NCBI GenBank assembly: GCA_019638075.1
Contig: JAHBUM010000003.1
Location: 1 to 43,927 of the forward strand
Direction of reading: 5' to 3'
Length of the DNA stretch: 43,927 nucleotides
From: Flavobacteriales bacterium
GTDB taxonomy: Bacteria; Bacteroidota; Bacteroidia; Flavobacteriales_F; PHOS-HE28
Shown piece after piece: positions 10,138 through 19,902 of this stretch. The notes beneath the pieces were generated by a model, which had not been told where the DNA came from, searched no databases, and was given only the letters and a program-made list of their open reading frames with translations. The position numbers and the translations under genes are program-made. Numbering within the stretch: position 1 is the first letter of the stretch; each line of letters begins with the position of its first letter.

Positions 10138-12017
10138 CGAACGACCTCCTCGCGGCCCTCGTTCCGGCGCTCCCGCTCGTGGGTGCGATCATCCTCGCCT
10201 CACTGCGCCGCAAGCTGAGCGCGAACGTTGCCGGTGGATTGGCCACCGCGATGATCGCCGGAGCCTTCGTGTGCAGCATCCTGCTCTTCCAAGGCTTCGA
10301 TGCCGCGACCGGCGGTCGTACCGTGAAGCTGCTCGACTGGATCAGCATCGGCAGCATGGAGATCCCGCTGGCCTTACGCATCGACGCGCTCTCGCTGACG
10401 ATGATGTTGATCGTGACGGGCATCGGTTCGCTGATCCACCTCTACTCCATCGGCTACATGCACGATGACGAGCGCGCACCGACCTTCTTCGCGCAGCTCA
10501 ACCTCTTCAGCTTCGCGATGCTGATGCTGGTGATGGGCAGCAACTTCCTGATCACCTTCATCGGTTGGGAAGGCGTGGGCCTGTGCAGCTACCTGTTGAT
10601 CGGCTTCTGGTACAAGACCCCCGAGTACAACTACGCGGCGCGCAAGGCCTTCGTGATGAACCGCATCGGCGACGTGGGCATGGTGCTGGCCATGGTGCTG
10701 CTGTTCCAACGCTTCGGTACGCTGGAATACGCCACCATCATGAACGTGGCCAGTGGCGTGAACGATCCGCTGATGATCGCGGCCACCTTGTTCCTCTTCA
10801 TCGGCGCCACGGGCAAGAGCGCACAGCTGCCCCTGTTCACCTGGCTGCCTGACGCCATGGCCGGTCCCACACCCGTGAGCGCCCTGATCCACGCCGCGAC
10901 GATGGTGACGGCCGGTATCTTCCTCATCGTGCGCAGCAGCGTGCTCTTTGAACTCGCACCATTCACGCAGGACATCATCCTGTGGATCGGCACGGCAACG
11001 GCGCTGCTCGCAGCGAGCATCGGCCTGTTCCAGAACGACATCAAGAAGGTGCTCGCCTACTCCACGGTGAGCCAACTCGGTTACATGTTCGTGGCGCTGG
11101 GCCTCGGCTCGTACAGCGCGGCGATGTTCCACGTGACCACGCACGCCTTCTTCAAAGCACTGCTCTTCCTCGGTGCCGGTAGTGTGATCCACGCACTCGG
11201 CGGCGAACAGGATATCCGCAAGATGGGCGGTCTGAAGGGGCATATCAAGATCACGTTCATCACCTTCTTCATCGGCACCATCGCCATCTCGGGCCTGCCG
11301 TTGATGAGCGGCTTCTTCAGCAAGGACCTGATCATGGCCTTCGCGTTCCAGCGTTCGCCGGTGCTCTTCGCGCTGCTGTTGATCGGCGCGTTGATGACGA
11401 CCTTCTACATGTTCCGCCTGCTGTTCCTCGTGTTCTACGGGAAGTACCGTGGCAATGCGCATCCGCACGAAAGCCCGCTGACGATGACCATCCCCTTGAT
11501 GGTGCTCGCGGTGCTGAGCGTGGTGGGCGGTCTGCTGAATTTGCCGCACCTCTTCGGCGGCCACGAGGCGATGAAGCACTTCTTGGCAACGGCGGCCGAT
11601 GGCATCCGGTTCGAGCATTTGGAACTGAGCCACGCGACGGAATGGATCCTGATGGGCATCACCACGATGCTCGTCTGTGTGATGATCTACATCGCCTACG
11701 GCCGCTTCGCGCAGAAGGCCACGCTCGAAGGCAACGAAGCGGACATGCCCTTCTTCAAGCGCCTGATCGCGCAACGCTGGCGCTTCGATGAGCTGTACCG
11801 CGCGCTGTTCGAGAAACCCTACGGCTGGTTGAGCACCAACCTCTTCAGCATCGCCGAGCAGAAGGTGATGGTGCCGATCATGAACGGCGTGGGCGAAGCG
11901 GCGATCAGCTTGGGCAACGTGGTGCGCAAGGTGCAGACCGGCAACGCGAGCTTCCACCTGCTGGCGATGCTCGTCGGCCTCATCGCGTTCCTCATCATCA
12001 CCCTAATGAGCAACTGA
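10134..12017 (+). CDS. nuoL: NADH-quinone oxidoreductase subunit L
   Basis: GWEGVGLCSYLLIGFW, KSAQLPLFTWLPDAMAGPTPVSALIHAATMV and THAFFKALLFL. Confidence 0.98.
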   Translation: MTNDLLAALVPALPLVGAIILASLRRKLSANVAGGLATAMIAGAFVCSILLFQGFDAATGGRTVKLLDWISIGSMEIPLALRIDALSLTMMLIVTGIGSLIHLYSIGYMHDDERAPTFFAQLNLFSFAMLMLVMGSNFLITFIGWEGVGLCSYLLIGFWYKTPEYNYAARKAFVMNRIGDVGMVLAMVLLFQRFGTLEYATIMNVASGVNDPLMIAATLFLFIGATGKSAQLPLFTWLPDAMAGPTPVSALIHAATMVTAGIFLIVRSSVLFELAPFTQDIILWIGTATALLAASIGLFQNDIKKVLAYSTVSQLGYMFVALGLGSYSAAMFHVTTHAFFKALLFLGAGSVIHALGGEQDIRKMGGLKGHIKITFITFFIGTIAISGLPLMSGFFSKDLIMAFAFQRSPVLFALLLIGALMTTFYMFRLLFLVFYGKYRGNAHPHESPLTMTIPLMVLAVLSVVGGLLNLPHLFGGHEAMKHFLATAADGIRFEHLELSHATEWILMGITTMLVCVMIYIAYGRFAQKATLEGNEADMPFFKRLIAQRWRFDELYRALFEKPYGWLSTNLFSIAEQKVMVPIMNGVGEAAISLGNVVRKVQTGNASFHLLAMLVGLIAFLIITLMSN

Positions 12018-12018
12018 G

Positions 12019-13455
12019 ATGATCGCAGCGCTCCTCCTGCTCATTCCCTTCATCAGCGCGCTGGTGCTGGTGATCGCCCGTCCGGCGCAGGCGCGTCCGA
12101 TCGCGTTGGTGTCCTCGCTGGCTTCACTGGCCGTGGTGCTCTACGCGTGGATCAGCTACACCGGTGGCACCGTCATCCACTACGACCTCGACTGGGTCAA
12201 TGATTGGGGCCTTCGCTTCAAGGTCGGTTACGACGGCGTGGGCCTGCTCATGCTGATCCTGACCGGCGTGGTGTTCCCGTTCATCGTCGCTACGGGCTAC
12301 GGCCAGCAGCATGACCGTCCTGCGACGTTCAATGCCTTGCTGCTGTTCACGCAGGCCTTCCTCTACGGTGTCTTCCTCGCGCAGAACGCACTGCTCTTCT
12401 ACATCAACTACGAGCTCACGCTGATCCCCGTGTTCTTCATCCTGCTCTACTGGGGTGGCGAGAACCGCAGGGCGATCACGGTGCGTTTCTTCATCTACAC
12501 GTTGCTCGGTGGCCTGGCGCTGCTCTTCGGCATCGTGTACCTGCTGGTGCAGAACGGCGGCAACGGCGACTTCACCGCACTGGCCAGCCTGAGCATTCCG
12601 GCCAGCACGCAGGTGTGGCTGTTCTGGGCGCTGTTCCTTGCCTTCGCCATCAAGCTGCCGATCTTCCCCTTCCACAGCTGGCAGCCCGAGACCTACTATA
12701 TGGCACCGCTGCAAGGCACCATGGTGCTGGGCGCGGTACTTCTGAAGATGGGTCTCTACGGCGTGTACAAGCTCGTGTTCCCGATCGTTCCCGCTGGTGT
12801 TGAATACTGGCAGACCACGGTGATCGTGCTCGCGCTGATCGGTGCGGTGTACGGCGGTGTGATCGCTTTCCGCCAATCGGACCTGAAGCGGCTGGTGGCC
12901 TTCTCCTCGCTGAGCCACGTCGGTGTGTTGTGCGCGGGTCTCTTCGCGCTGAACGCGTACGGTGTGAGCGGCTCTTTCTACCAAGCGTTCGCACACGCGA
13001 TCCTCGTGCTGGGCATGTTCTACATCGTGGGCGCCATGCAGGAGCGTATGGGCACGAGCGACATGTCGGTGATGGGCGGCTTGAAAGGCCAGGCACCGCG
13101 CCTCGCAGCCTTGTTCCTGCTCGTGTTGATCAACGCCATCGCGCTGCCGCTCACGCAGAGCTTCGTCGGCGAATGGCTGATGTTCGCTGGGCTCTGGCAG
13201 GTGGACGGATGGCTGGCGTTCTTCGCGCTCACCACGATCGTGATCGGCGCCATCTACATGCTCTACGCCTACCAGCGTGTGATGCTCGGCCCCGACCGCA
13301 CCAATGTGACCTTGGCCGATGCCAGCACGCGCGACCACCTGTATCTGGTGCCGCTGATCGCGGTGACCTTGATCCTCGGTGTATACCCCGGCCCGATCCT
13401 CGAGCTGCTGGATGCGCCGGTGCAACAACTTCTTTCAAGCCTATCGGTACACTGA
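12019..13455 (+). CDS. nuoM: NADH-quinone oxidoreductase subunit M
   Basis: AFAIKLPIFPFHSWQP, LLKMGLYG and DLKRLVAFSSLSH. Confidence 0.96.
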   Translation: MIAALLLLIPFISALVLVIARPAQARPIALVSSLASLAVVLYAWISYTGGTVIHYDLDWVNDWGLRFKVGYDGVGLLMLILTGVVFPFIVATGYGQQHDRPATFNALLLFTQAFLYGVFLAQNALLFYINYELTLIPVFFILLYWGGENRRAITVRFFIYTLLGGLALLFGIVYLLVQNGGNGDFTALASLSIPASTQVWLFWALFLAFAIKLPIFPFHSWQPETYYMAPLQGTMVLGAVLLKMGLYGVYKLVFPIVPAGVEYWQTTVIVLALIGAVYGGVIAFRQSDLKRLVAFSSLSHVGVLCAGLFALNAYGVSGSFYQAFAHAILVLGMFYIVGAMQERMGTSDMSVMGGLKGQAPRLAALFLLVLINAIALPLTQSFVGEWLMFAGLWQVDGWLAFFALTTIVIGAIYMLYAYQRVMLGPDRTNVTLADASTRDHLYLVPLIAVTLILGVYPGPILELLDAPVQQLLSSLSVH

Positions 13456-13456
13456 G

Positions 13457-14827
13457 ATGAGCGTCCTCGTCCTCCTTTCCGTGCTCGGCGTGGTGCTGCT
13501 CTATCTGGGGCTGTTCAACAACCGTGGCGCTGTCGCCGGTGTGGGCATTGCGGGACTTCTCGCCGCCTTCGTGTTGATCGCCTCCGACTGGCACCTCGAA
13601 AGCCCGCTGTTCAACGGCATCATCCAGTTCGACACCTACGCGCGTTCCTTCTCGCTGGTGATGATCGTGGTGACCGTGCTGCTCTTCCTCTTCGGCATCG
13701 ACTACTACGCGAAGGTGAAGGAGAACGTGGCCGAGCAGTATGCGCTGATGGTGTTCTCGTTGGTCGGTGGCCTGTTGATCTGCAGCTTCACCAACCTCGT
13801 GGTGCTCTTCCTGGGCATCGAGATCCTGAGCATTCCGCTGTACATTCTCGCGGGTGGCAAGCGCGACAGCTTCCGCAGCGGGGAAGCGGCGTTCAAGTAC
13901 TTCCTGCAAGGCTCGTTCGCTTCCGCCTTCCTGCTGATGGGCCTCGCGTTGATCTACGGCGCCACGGCCTCGTTCGACCTTGCTGCGGTGGAAGCCTACA
14001 GCGCCGTACCGGCCAACGGGCAGAACATGATCTTCCTGCTGGGCCTCTTCCTCACCATCGCCGGTGTGGCGTTCAAGGTGGCGGCCGTGCCGTTCCACTT
14101 CTGGAGCCCCGATGTGTACGAAGGTGCTCCCACGCTGATCACGGCCTTCATGAGCACCGTGGTGAAGACAGCCGCCTTCGCCGCGTTCTACCGCTTCATC
14201 GCGAACCTACAGTTGCCCGGAGCCGTGGAGACCATGCTCGTGGTGATGACCATCTGCACGCTCTTCCTCGGCAACATCGTGGCGCTGCGCCAGACGCAGT
14301 TCAAGCGCCTGATGGCCTATTCCAGCATCGCGCATACGGGCTTCCTGCTGCTCGCCTTCCTCGGCACGGATGCACGCACACCCGATGTGCTGTTCTACTA
14401 CCTCGGCACCTACGCACTGGCAACGGTGGGCCTCTTCATCGTCCTCACGCTCGCGAAACGCGCGGCCTTGGGCGATGAGCACATCCGCATCTTCCGGGGC
14501 CTCTTCCGCAGCAATCCGTGGATCGCCGTAGCGGCCTTGTTGATGCTGCTCTCACTGGCCGGCATTCCATTGACCGCCGGTTTCGTGGCGAAGTACCGCG
14601 TCTTCGTGCTGAGCCTTACCAACGGCTACATCTGGACCACCGTGCTCGCAGTGCTGATGGCCGTGGTGGGTATCTACTACTACATCCTCGTGGTGCGCGA
14701 AGCCTTCACTCCCCAAGAGCAGGAGACCAAGCCCATCGTGGTGGCCCCGCTCAACTGGCTGGTGATATCGATCTGCGGTGCGGCGGTGGTGGTGCTGGGT
14801 GTGATGCCGGGGTTGTTGCGGATGTAG
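13457..14827 (+). CDS. nuoN: NADH-quinone oxidoreductase subunit N
   Basis: EAAFKYF, FKVAAVPFHFWSPDVYEGAPT, KRLMAYSSIAH and SLAGIPLTAGF; start placed at the ATG 1 nt after the nuoM stop. Confidence 0.96.
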   Translation: MSVLVLLSVLGVVLLYLGLFNNRGAVAGVGIAGLLAAFVLIASDWHLESPLFNGIIQFDTYARSFSLVMIVVTVLLFLFGIDYYAKVKENVAEQYALMVFSLVGGLLICSFTNLVVLFLGIEILSIPLYILAGGKRDSFRSGEAAFKYFLQGSFASAFLLMGLALIYGATASFDLAAVEAYSAVPANGQNMIFLLGLFLTIAGVAFKVAAVPFHFWSPDVYEGAPTLITAFMSTVVKTAAFAAFYRFIANLQLPGAVETMLVVMTICTLFLGNIVALRQTQFKRLMAYSSIAHTGFLLLAFLGTDARTPDVLFYYLGTYALATVGLFIVLTLAKRAALGDEHIRIFRGLFRSNPWIAVAALLMLLSLAGIPLTAGFVAKYRVFVLSLTNGYIWTTVLAVLMAVVGIYYYILVVREAFTPQEQETKPIVVAPLNWLVISICGAAVVVLGVMPGLLRM

Positions 14828-14928
14828 GCACCGATCACCGACCCGATCCCAGCTCACGGGTTGCACGAGCTTCACCTCTGACCGATCACCGGTGGTATTC
14901 ACCCGTGGTATTGACTACTTTGGTCTGC

Positions 14929-15165
14929 ATGAATTAGCGCTCGCACATCGTTTCGGACAAGGACATCCTGCTGGGCAAACCGGTCATCAAGGGTACGCGC
15001 ATCTCCGTGGAGTTGGTGCTCGAACTGCTTGCTGATGGCTGGACCGAAGCACAGGTACTACAGAGCTATCCGAACATCACGGCCGAGGACCTGAAGGCCA
15101 TATTCGCCTATCTGCGCGACGGCATGCACCAGTCCATGTACCTGCCGCTGCGCAGAACCGCCTGA
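14929..15165 (+). pseudogene. DUF433-family (VapB45-like) antitoxin interrupted by TAG at codon 3
   Basis: Reads MN*RSHIVSDKDILLGKPVIKGTRISVELVLELLADGWTEAQVLQSYPNITAEDLKAIFAY...; GKPVIKGTRISV is the DUF433 signature. A TACTTTG promoter-like element lies 6 nt upstream. Confidence 0.85.
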
Positions 15166-15193
15166 TGCGGTCGCAGTTCGGCGGACCCCTACC

Positions 15194-16426
15194 CTACTTC
15201 CCCAGATCCCCCTCCCACTTGCTCACCACGCTCGTAGCGATGGCATTACCCACCACGTTGGTAGCACTGCGGCCCATGTCGCAGAAGTGATCGATCGGGA
15301 GGATCAGCGCGATGCCTTCCACGGGTACCCCGAACATGCCCAGCGTGGCGGCCACAACGACGAGTGATGCGCGTGGCACCCCCGCGATGCCTTTGCTGGT
15401 CAGCATGAGCGTGAGAAGCATCGTCATCTGTGTGCCGAAGTCCATGTCGATGCCGTAGACCTGCGCAATGAAGAGGCTGGCGAACGTCATGTACATCATG
15501 CTACCGTCCAGGTTGAAGCTGTAGCCGAGCGGAAGCACGAAACTCACCACGCGGTCCTTGCAGCCGAACCGTTCGAGCTCTTCCATCAACTTGGGCATCA
15601 CGGCTTCGCTGCTGGTGGTGCTGAAGGCGATGGTGATAGGCTGGATGATGCGGCGCATGAGCTCCTTCATCCGTTGGCCAAGGAAGAGGAACCCTGCACC
15701 GAGCAGGATGACCCACAACACGGCAAGGCCGATGTAGAACTGGCCGATGTACACCGCGTACGTGCTGAGCACACCAAGCCCATGGATCGCGATCACCGCT
15801 GCGATGGCGCCGAACACGCCGAGCGGCGCGAAGTTCATCACGTAACCCACCATTTTCAGGATCACGTGGGCCACGCTCTCCAGTAGTTTCACCACGGGCT
15901 GGGCATAATCGCCGATACTCGCGCACGCCACGCCGAAGAAGATGCTGAACACCACGATCTGCAACACCTCGTTCGTTGCCATCGCTTCGATCACGCTCTT
16001 CGGAAAGAGGTGTGCGATGAAGTCCTTCAACGTGAACGACTGGGTCTTGCCGATCACATCCGCCACATCGCCGCTCGCCTCCAGTTGCAGGCCCACACCG
16101 GGCTTCAGGAAGTTCACGAGCACCATGCCGAGCAACAGGCTCACCAGCGATGCGGACATGAACCGCAACAGCGCGCGGCCACCCACGCGGCCCACGGTCT
16201 TCATGTCGCCCAGCTTCGCAATGCCCACCACCAGCGTGCTGAAGACCAGCGGCGCGATGATCATCTTCACCAGGCGCAGGAAGATGTCGGTAAGGATCTT
16301 CAGGTTGTCCGCCAGCTCTTTCCGGGCCACCACTTCCATGCCCGTGTGCATTGCGTAACCGACTATGATGCCGATCACCATGGCGATGAGGATCCAGAGG
16401 GTGAGCCGGTTGGTCTTGGACATCAT
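15194..16426 (-). CDS. Dicarboxylate/amino acid:cation symporter (GltP/DctA, DAACS family)
   Basis: FLRLVKMIIAPLVF, AFSTTSSEA, LPLGYSFNLDG, SKGIAGVP and DMGRSATNVVGN. Confidence 0.94.
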   Translation of the reverse strand: MMSKTNRLTLWILIAMVIGIIVGYAMHTGMEVVARKELADNLKILTDIFLRLVKMIIAPLVFSTLVVGIAKLGDMKTVGRVGGRALLRFMSASLVSLLLGMVLVNFLKPGVGLQLEASGDVADVIGKTQSFTLKDFIAHLFPKSVIEAMATNEVLQIVVFSIFFGVACASIGDYAQPVVKLLESVAHVILKMVGYVMNFAPLGVFGAIAAVIAIHGLGVLSTYAVYIGQFYIGLAVLWVILLGAGFLFLGQRMKELMRRIIQPITIAFSTTSSEAVMPKLMEELERFGCKDRVVSFVLPLGYSFNLDGSMMYMTFASLFIAQVYGIDMDFGTQMTMLLTLMLTSKGIAGVPRASLVVVAATLGMFGVPVEGIALILPIDHFCDMGRSATNVVGNAIATSVVSKWEGDLGK

Positions 16427-18072
16427 GGGCGGGGCGGAGCGAGTTTACTGTGACGGTAACCGTAGGCGAAATAGCAGGCGAGGCCGATGAGCAGCCAGAT
16501 GCTGAACCACATCCAGTTGCTGACCTCCATGCCGGTAAGCAGGTAGCAGCACGAAAGCAGGCCGAGCACGGGGATCAAGGACCACTGCTTCACATGGGCA
16601 AGGACGACCACCAACGCGGCCAACGGCCAGAAGATGAGCTGCGGGATGTTCTGTGCCGCATGGCCGGACACGTCGAGCAAGCCGGGGAAATAGTCGGGGA
16701 TCTTCGCCAGCAGCAAAGCCACAACACCCAGCAACAATGCCGGGGCGGTCCAACGACTGTTGAAGTAGGGCATGTGGAAACGCCCTTTCTCCTTCGCGCG
16801 TCGTGGCAGCAACAATACTCCGCCACATACCAGCACGAACGCGAACAAGGTCCCGATGCTGGTGAAGTCAAGGATGAAACTCTCGTCCGTGAAGAAGATC
16901 GGCAGGCCCACCACGAGACCGGTAACCATGGTGCTGAAGCCCGGCGTTCGGTACTTCGGATGGATGCTCGCGAACTTCTTCGGGAGCAGACCGTCGCGGC
17001 TCATGCTCATCCAGATGCGCGGCTGGCCCAGCTGGAACACGAGCATCACGCTGGTCATGGCCACCACGGCGGCGATGCTCACGATGTACAGCATCCACTT
17101 CACGCCGCGCAGCTGGAAGACCTCGGCCAGGGGGTCGCTCACATCCAACTGCGACCAGCTGACCATGCCGGTGAGCACCAGCGCCAGCACCACGTACACC
17201 GACGTGCAGATCACCAGCGACCAGATCATGCCCTTTGGCAGATCGCGTTGGGGGTCCTTGGCTTCCTCGGCCAATGTGCTCACCGCATCGAAACCGATGT
17301 AGGCGAAGAAGACCGCGCTTACGCCCGCCATCACCCCACCGAAGCCGTTCGGCATGAAAGGCGACCAATTGTTGATGTCCACATAAGTCGCGCCCACGAT
17401 GACGACCAGCACGATGATGGCGAGTTTCACGATCACCATGGCGTTGCTGGCGTTGCGGCTCTCCTTCACGCCCACGTAGACCAGCGCGGTGATCATGGCG
17501 TTGATCGCAACGGCAGGCAGGTCGAAGATGATCCGCAGGCCTCCGATCACCGGTGCGGTGTTCCACGCGGTGAGGCCCTCCCCTGCCGTTCCCTCGGCGA
17601 ACGCCCGGCTTGCACTCCGGTAGTTGATGGTGAGCCATTCCGGGAGATGCAGCCCGAGCCCTTCGAGCAGATTGGTGAAATAGCCGCTCCAACTGAAGGC
17701 CACGTATATGTTGCCGATGCTGTACTCCATGAGCAGCGCCCAGCCGATCACCCATGCGAAGAGCTCGCCGAAGGTGACGTACGCGTACGTGTAGGCGCTT
17801 CCGCTCGTGGGCACACGCGCCGCGAATTCGGCGTAACACAAGGCCGTGAAGCCACAAGCGATGCCGCACATCACGAAGAGCAGCACCACGCCCGGCCCGC
17901 CCTTGAAACAGGCTTCGCCCATGCTGCTGAAGCTGCCCGCACCGATGATGGCCGCAATGCCGAAGAACGTGAGGTCGCGGACGGTGAGGTGCCGCCCCAG
18001 CGCATGCCCGCCATGGATCTCGCCCTCGGCACCGGTGGCACGGTCGATGGGCTTCTTGCGGAAGAGGTTCAT
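16423..18072 (-). CDS. APC-family amino acid permease
   Basis: GIAAIIGAG, CYAEFAARVPTSGSAYTY, FFAYIGFDAV and MSRDGLLP; start placed at MNLFRKK; its stop overlaps the symporter ATG. Confidence 0.94.
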   Translation of the reverse strand: MNLFRKKPIDRATGAEGEIHGGHALGRHLTVRDLTFFGIAAIIGAGSFSSMGEACFKGGPGVVLLFVMCGIACGFTALCYAEFAARVPTSGSAYTYAYVTFGELFAWVIGWALLMEYSIGNIYVAFSWSGYFTNLLEGLGLHLPEWLTINYRSASRAFAEGTAGEGLTAWNTAPVIGGLRIIFDLPAVAINAMITALVYVGVKESRNASNAMVIVKLAIIVLVVIVGATYVDINNWSPFMPNGFGGVMAGVSAVFFAYIGFDAVSTLAEEAKDPQRDLPKGMIWSLVICTSVYVVLALVLTGMVSWSQLDVSDPLAEVFQLRGVKWMLYIVSIAAVVAMTSVMLVFQLGQPRIWMSMSRDGLLPKKFASIHPKYRTPGFSTMVTGLVVGLPIFFTDESFILDFTSIGTLFAFVLVCGGVLLLPRRAKEKGRFHMPYFNSRWTAPALLLGVVALLLAKIPDYFPGLLDVSGHAAQNIPQLIFWPLAALVVVLAHVKQWSLIPVLGLLSCCYLLTGMEVSNWMWFSIWLLIGLACYFAYGYRHSKLAPPRP

Positions 18073-18125
18073 GCGTTGCTTAGAGCACGCAATGTAGCCG
18101 TGTGCGGTCGATCGGGAAGCCTTCC

Positions 18126-18171
18126 GCAAACTTGAAAATGTGAAAGTGCATGTTCACATTTTCAAGTTTGC
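18126..18171. repeat. AT-rich 19-bp perfect inverted repeat upstream of the permease
   Basis: GCAAACTTGAAAATGTGAA - 8 nt - TTCACATTTTCAAGTTTGC. Confidence 0.85.
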
Positions 18172-18187
18172 CCGGCTCATGCTCTTC

Positions 18188-18215
18188 AAAACAGAAAGGG
18201 AGCCGAAGCTCCCTT
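18188..18215 (-). terminator. Intrinsic terminator after the TPR gene
   Basis: Minus strand reads AAGGGAGC-TTCG-GCTCCCTT followed by TCTGTTTT (cUUCGg tetraloop plus U-rich tail). Confidence 0.75.
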
Positions 18216-18236
18216 CCCTTCTCGTTCTGTATAGCG

Positions 18237-19898
18237 CTACTGCAACTCGCAGGCCGCAGCCGACACGTCCTTCAGCTCCTTGCTCAACAGCATGTCGCTG
18301 GATTGCTTGGTGCGCTCGGTGCCGGTGTTCAGGTCCTTCACTTTTTGGAACCAGCACTTGGCGGCGGGCATGTCCTTGGTGCCGTAGAAATTGTTGAAGG
18401 CGAGGTAGAACATGGCTTCCTCGGCATCCTTGGAGGCTTTGCCTGTGATCTCTTCGGGCTTCATCTTGCGCAGCGCCTCCTCGAAGAAGGGCTTGGCCTG
18501 CCACGTGGTCTTGTCGGGGTCCAGCCCCACGTTGGCGCGGGCGCGGCCGAGGTAGCCTTGGTAGATGTTGGGCTGCTTCTCGATGTACTTGGTCCACGCC
18601 ATGTCGGCCACTTCATAGCGGCCTGCCTTCTGCGCGGCACCGCCGAGGTAGTACCAGTCGTTCACCACCACCTTGCTGGAGTTGGTCTTGGCTTGGTAGG
18701 CATCCACCGCGCGGCCGAACATCTTCGCTTTCTGGAAATAGCTGCCCGCTTCCATGTACAGTTCGGGATCGGCGTTGGGCATGGCGGCGGCGGCCATGAT
18801 CTTCTCACCGGCCAGCGAATCGTTGCCCATCAGGGCCACGGCACGGCCGTAGTACTGCAGGTCGCTCGGCACCACCTTCTCCTGCGGCTGCTTGGCGAAG
18901 TAGGCATCCAGCGTGGCCATGGCGTTCACCGAATCCTTCAGTTCCACTTGGTCGTAGCCTTTGATGCGCAGCAGCGTGTTGTTGTCCACACCGGCCTGCT
19001 CCAATTTGGCGATCAGGTCCAGCGACTGCTTGTAGTCCTGCACGAGGTAGAGGAACTGCGCGTAACGCACCATGGCGCTCTGGCTGCCGGAGTTCAGCTT
19101 CAGGTACTCGTCGTAATCGGCCTTGGCCTTCTGGAAATCGCGCTTGCCGAAGTGCGATTCGGCGCGGCCACGGAAGGCGGGTGCGAAGCCCGGCTCGATG
19201 CCGATGGCCTTGTCGTATTCGGCGATGGCCGCATCGTAGTTGCGGGCGCGGTGGTACACGAGGCCACGGCGTGCGACCGGTTTCGCGCTGGTGGTGCGCA
19301 GGTCCGACGCCTTCTTGTACAGCGCCACGGGCTGCGAGGCATCGGTGGGGTTCTGACCCCACAGGATGTCGCCCTTCAGGATGTACGCTTCGGGATCGGT
19401 GGCGTCCAAGGCGATGGCGGCATCCACGGCTGCCATGGCCTTGGCCCAATCGGGGGCGTTCCCGCTCGCGTAGCCTTCGGCCACTTCGCGCTGGGTCTGC
19501 GCCTGCAACTTCTTGGGGAATTTGTTCGCCTTGTCCATGGCGATGCCGATGGCCTCGGTGAACCTGGCAGCGGCTTGGTCGCGCTGGCCCTTCACCCACA
19601 GCACCTTGCCCTGCCCCACGTGGTTCAGCGGCTGACGGGGGTTCAGATCCACGCCCTTGTTGTAGCAGTAGGCGGCGGAATCCTCGCGGTCGTTCTCGAA
19701 ATAGTTCTCACCGAGGTAGAACCACGCCTCGCCATCGTTGGGGCTGGCCGCGAGCACGCTGCGCAAGGTGGTGGCCGCCTTCTCGAAGCGCTCGCTCTCG
19801 GTAAGGGCGATGGCCTCGGCAATGGTCTGTGCGCCGGCGCTCAGCGAGCCCGCGAGGGCGGTGAGCATCAGGGCGTTGCGGAAGGAATTCTGTTTCAT
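18237..19898 (-). CDS. Secreted tetratricopeptide-repeat protein
   Basis: Signal peptide and many TPR-like repeats (AWFYLGE, YDAAIAEYDKAIGIEP); last gene of the typical Bacteroidota exbB-exbD-exbD-tonB-pstS-TPR operon. Confidence 0.9.
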   Translation of the reverse strand: MKQNSFRNALMLTALAGSLSAGAQTIAEAIALTESERFEKAATTLRSVLAASPNDGEAWFYLGENYFENDREDSAAYCYNKGVDLNPRQPLNHVGQGKVLWVKGQRDQAAARFTEAIGIAMDKANKFPKKLQAQTQREVAEGYASGNAPDWAKAMAAVDAAIALDATDPEAYILKGDILWGQNPTDASQPVALYKKASDLRTTSAKPVARRGLVYHRARNYDAAIAEYDKAIGIEPGFAPAFRGRAESHFGKRDFQKAKADYDEYLKLNSGSQSAMVRYAQFLYLVQDYKQSLDLIAKLEQAGVDNNTLLRIKGYDQVELKDSVNAMATLDAYFAKQPQEKVVPSDLQYYGRAVALMGNDSLAGEKIMAAAAMPNADPELYMEAGSYFQKAKMFGRAVDAYQAKTNSSKVVVNDWYYLGGAAQKAGRYEVADMAWTKYIEKQPNIYQGYLGRARANVGLDPDKTTWQAKPFFEEALRKMKPEEITGKASKDAEEAMFYLAFNNFYGTKDMPAAKCWFQKVKDLNTGTERTKQSSDMLLSKELKDVSAAACELQ

Positions 19899-19902
19899 GT
19901 TC

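Noticed and set aside
14935-14937. TAG read-through or recoding in the DUF433 frame
   Set aside because: TAG is used as a normal stop by nuoJ, nuoN, exbB and ileS in this window; a nonsense mutation or sequencing error is simpler.
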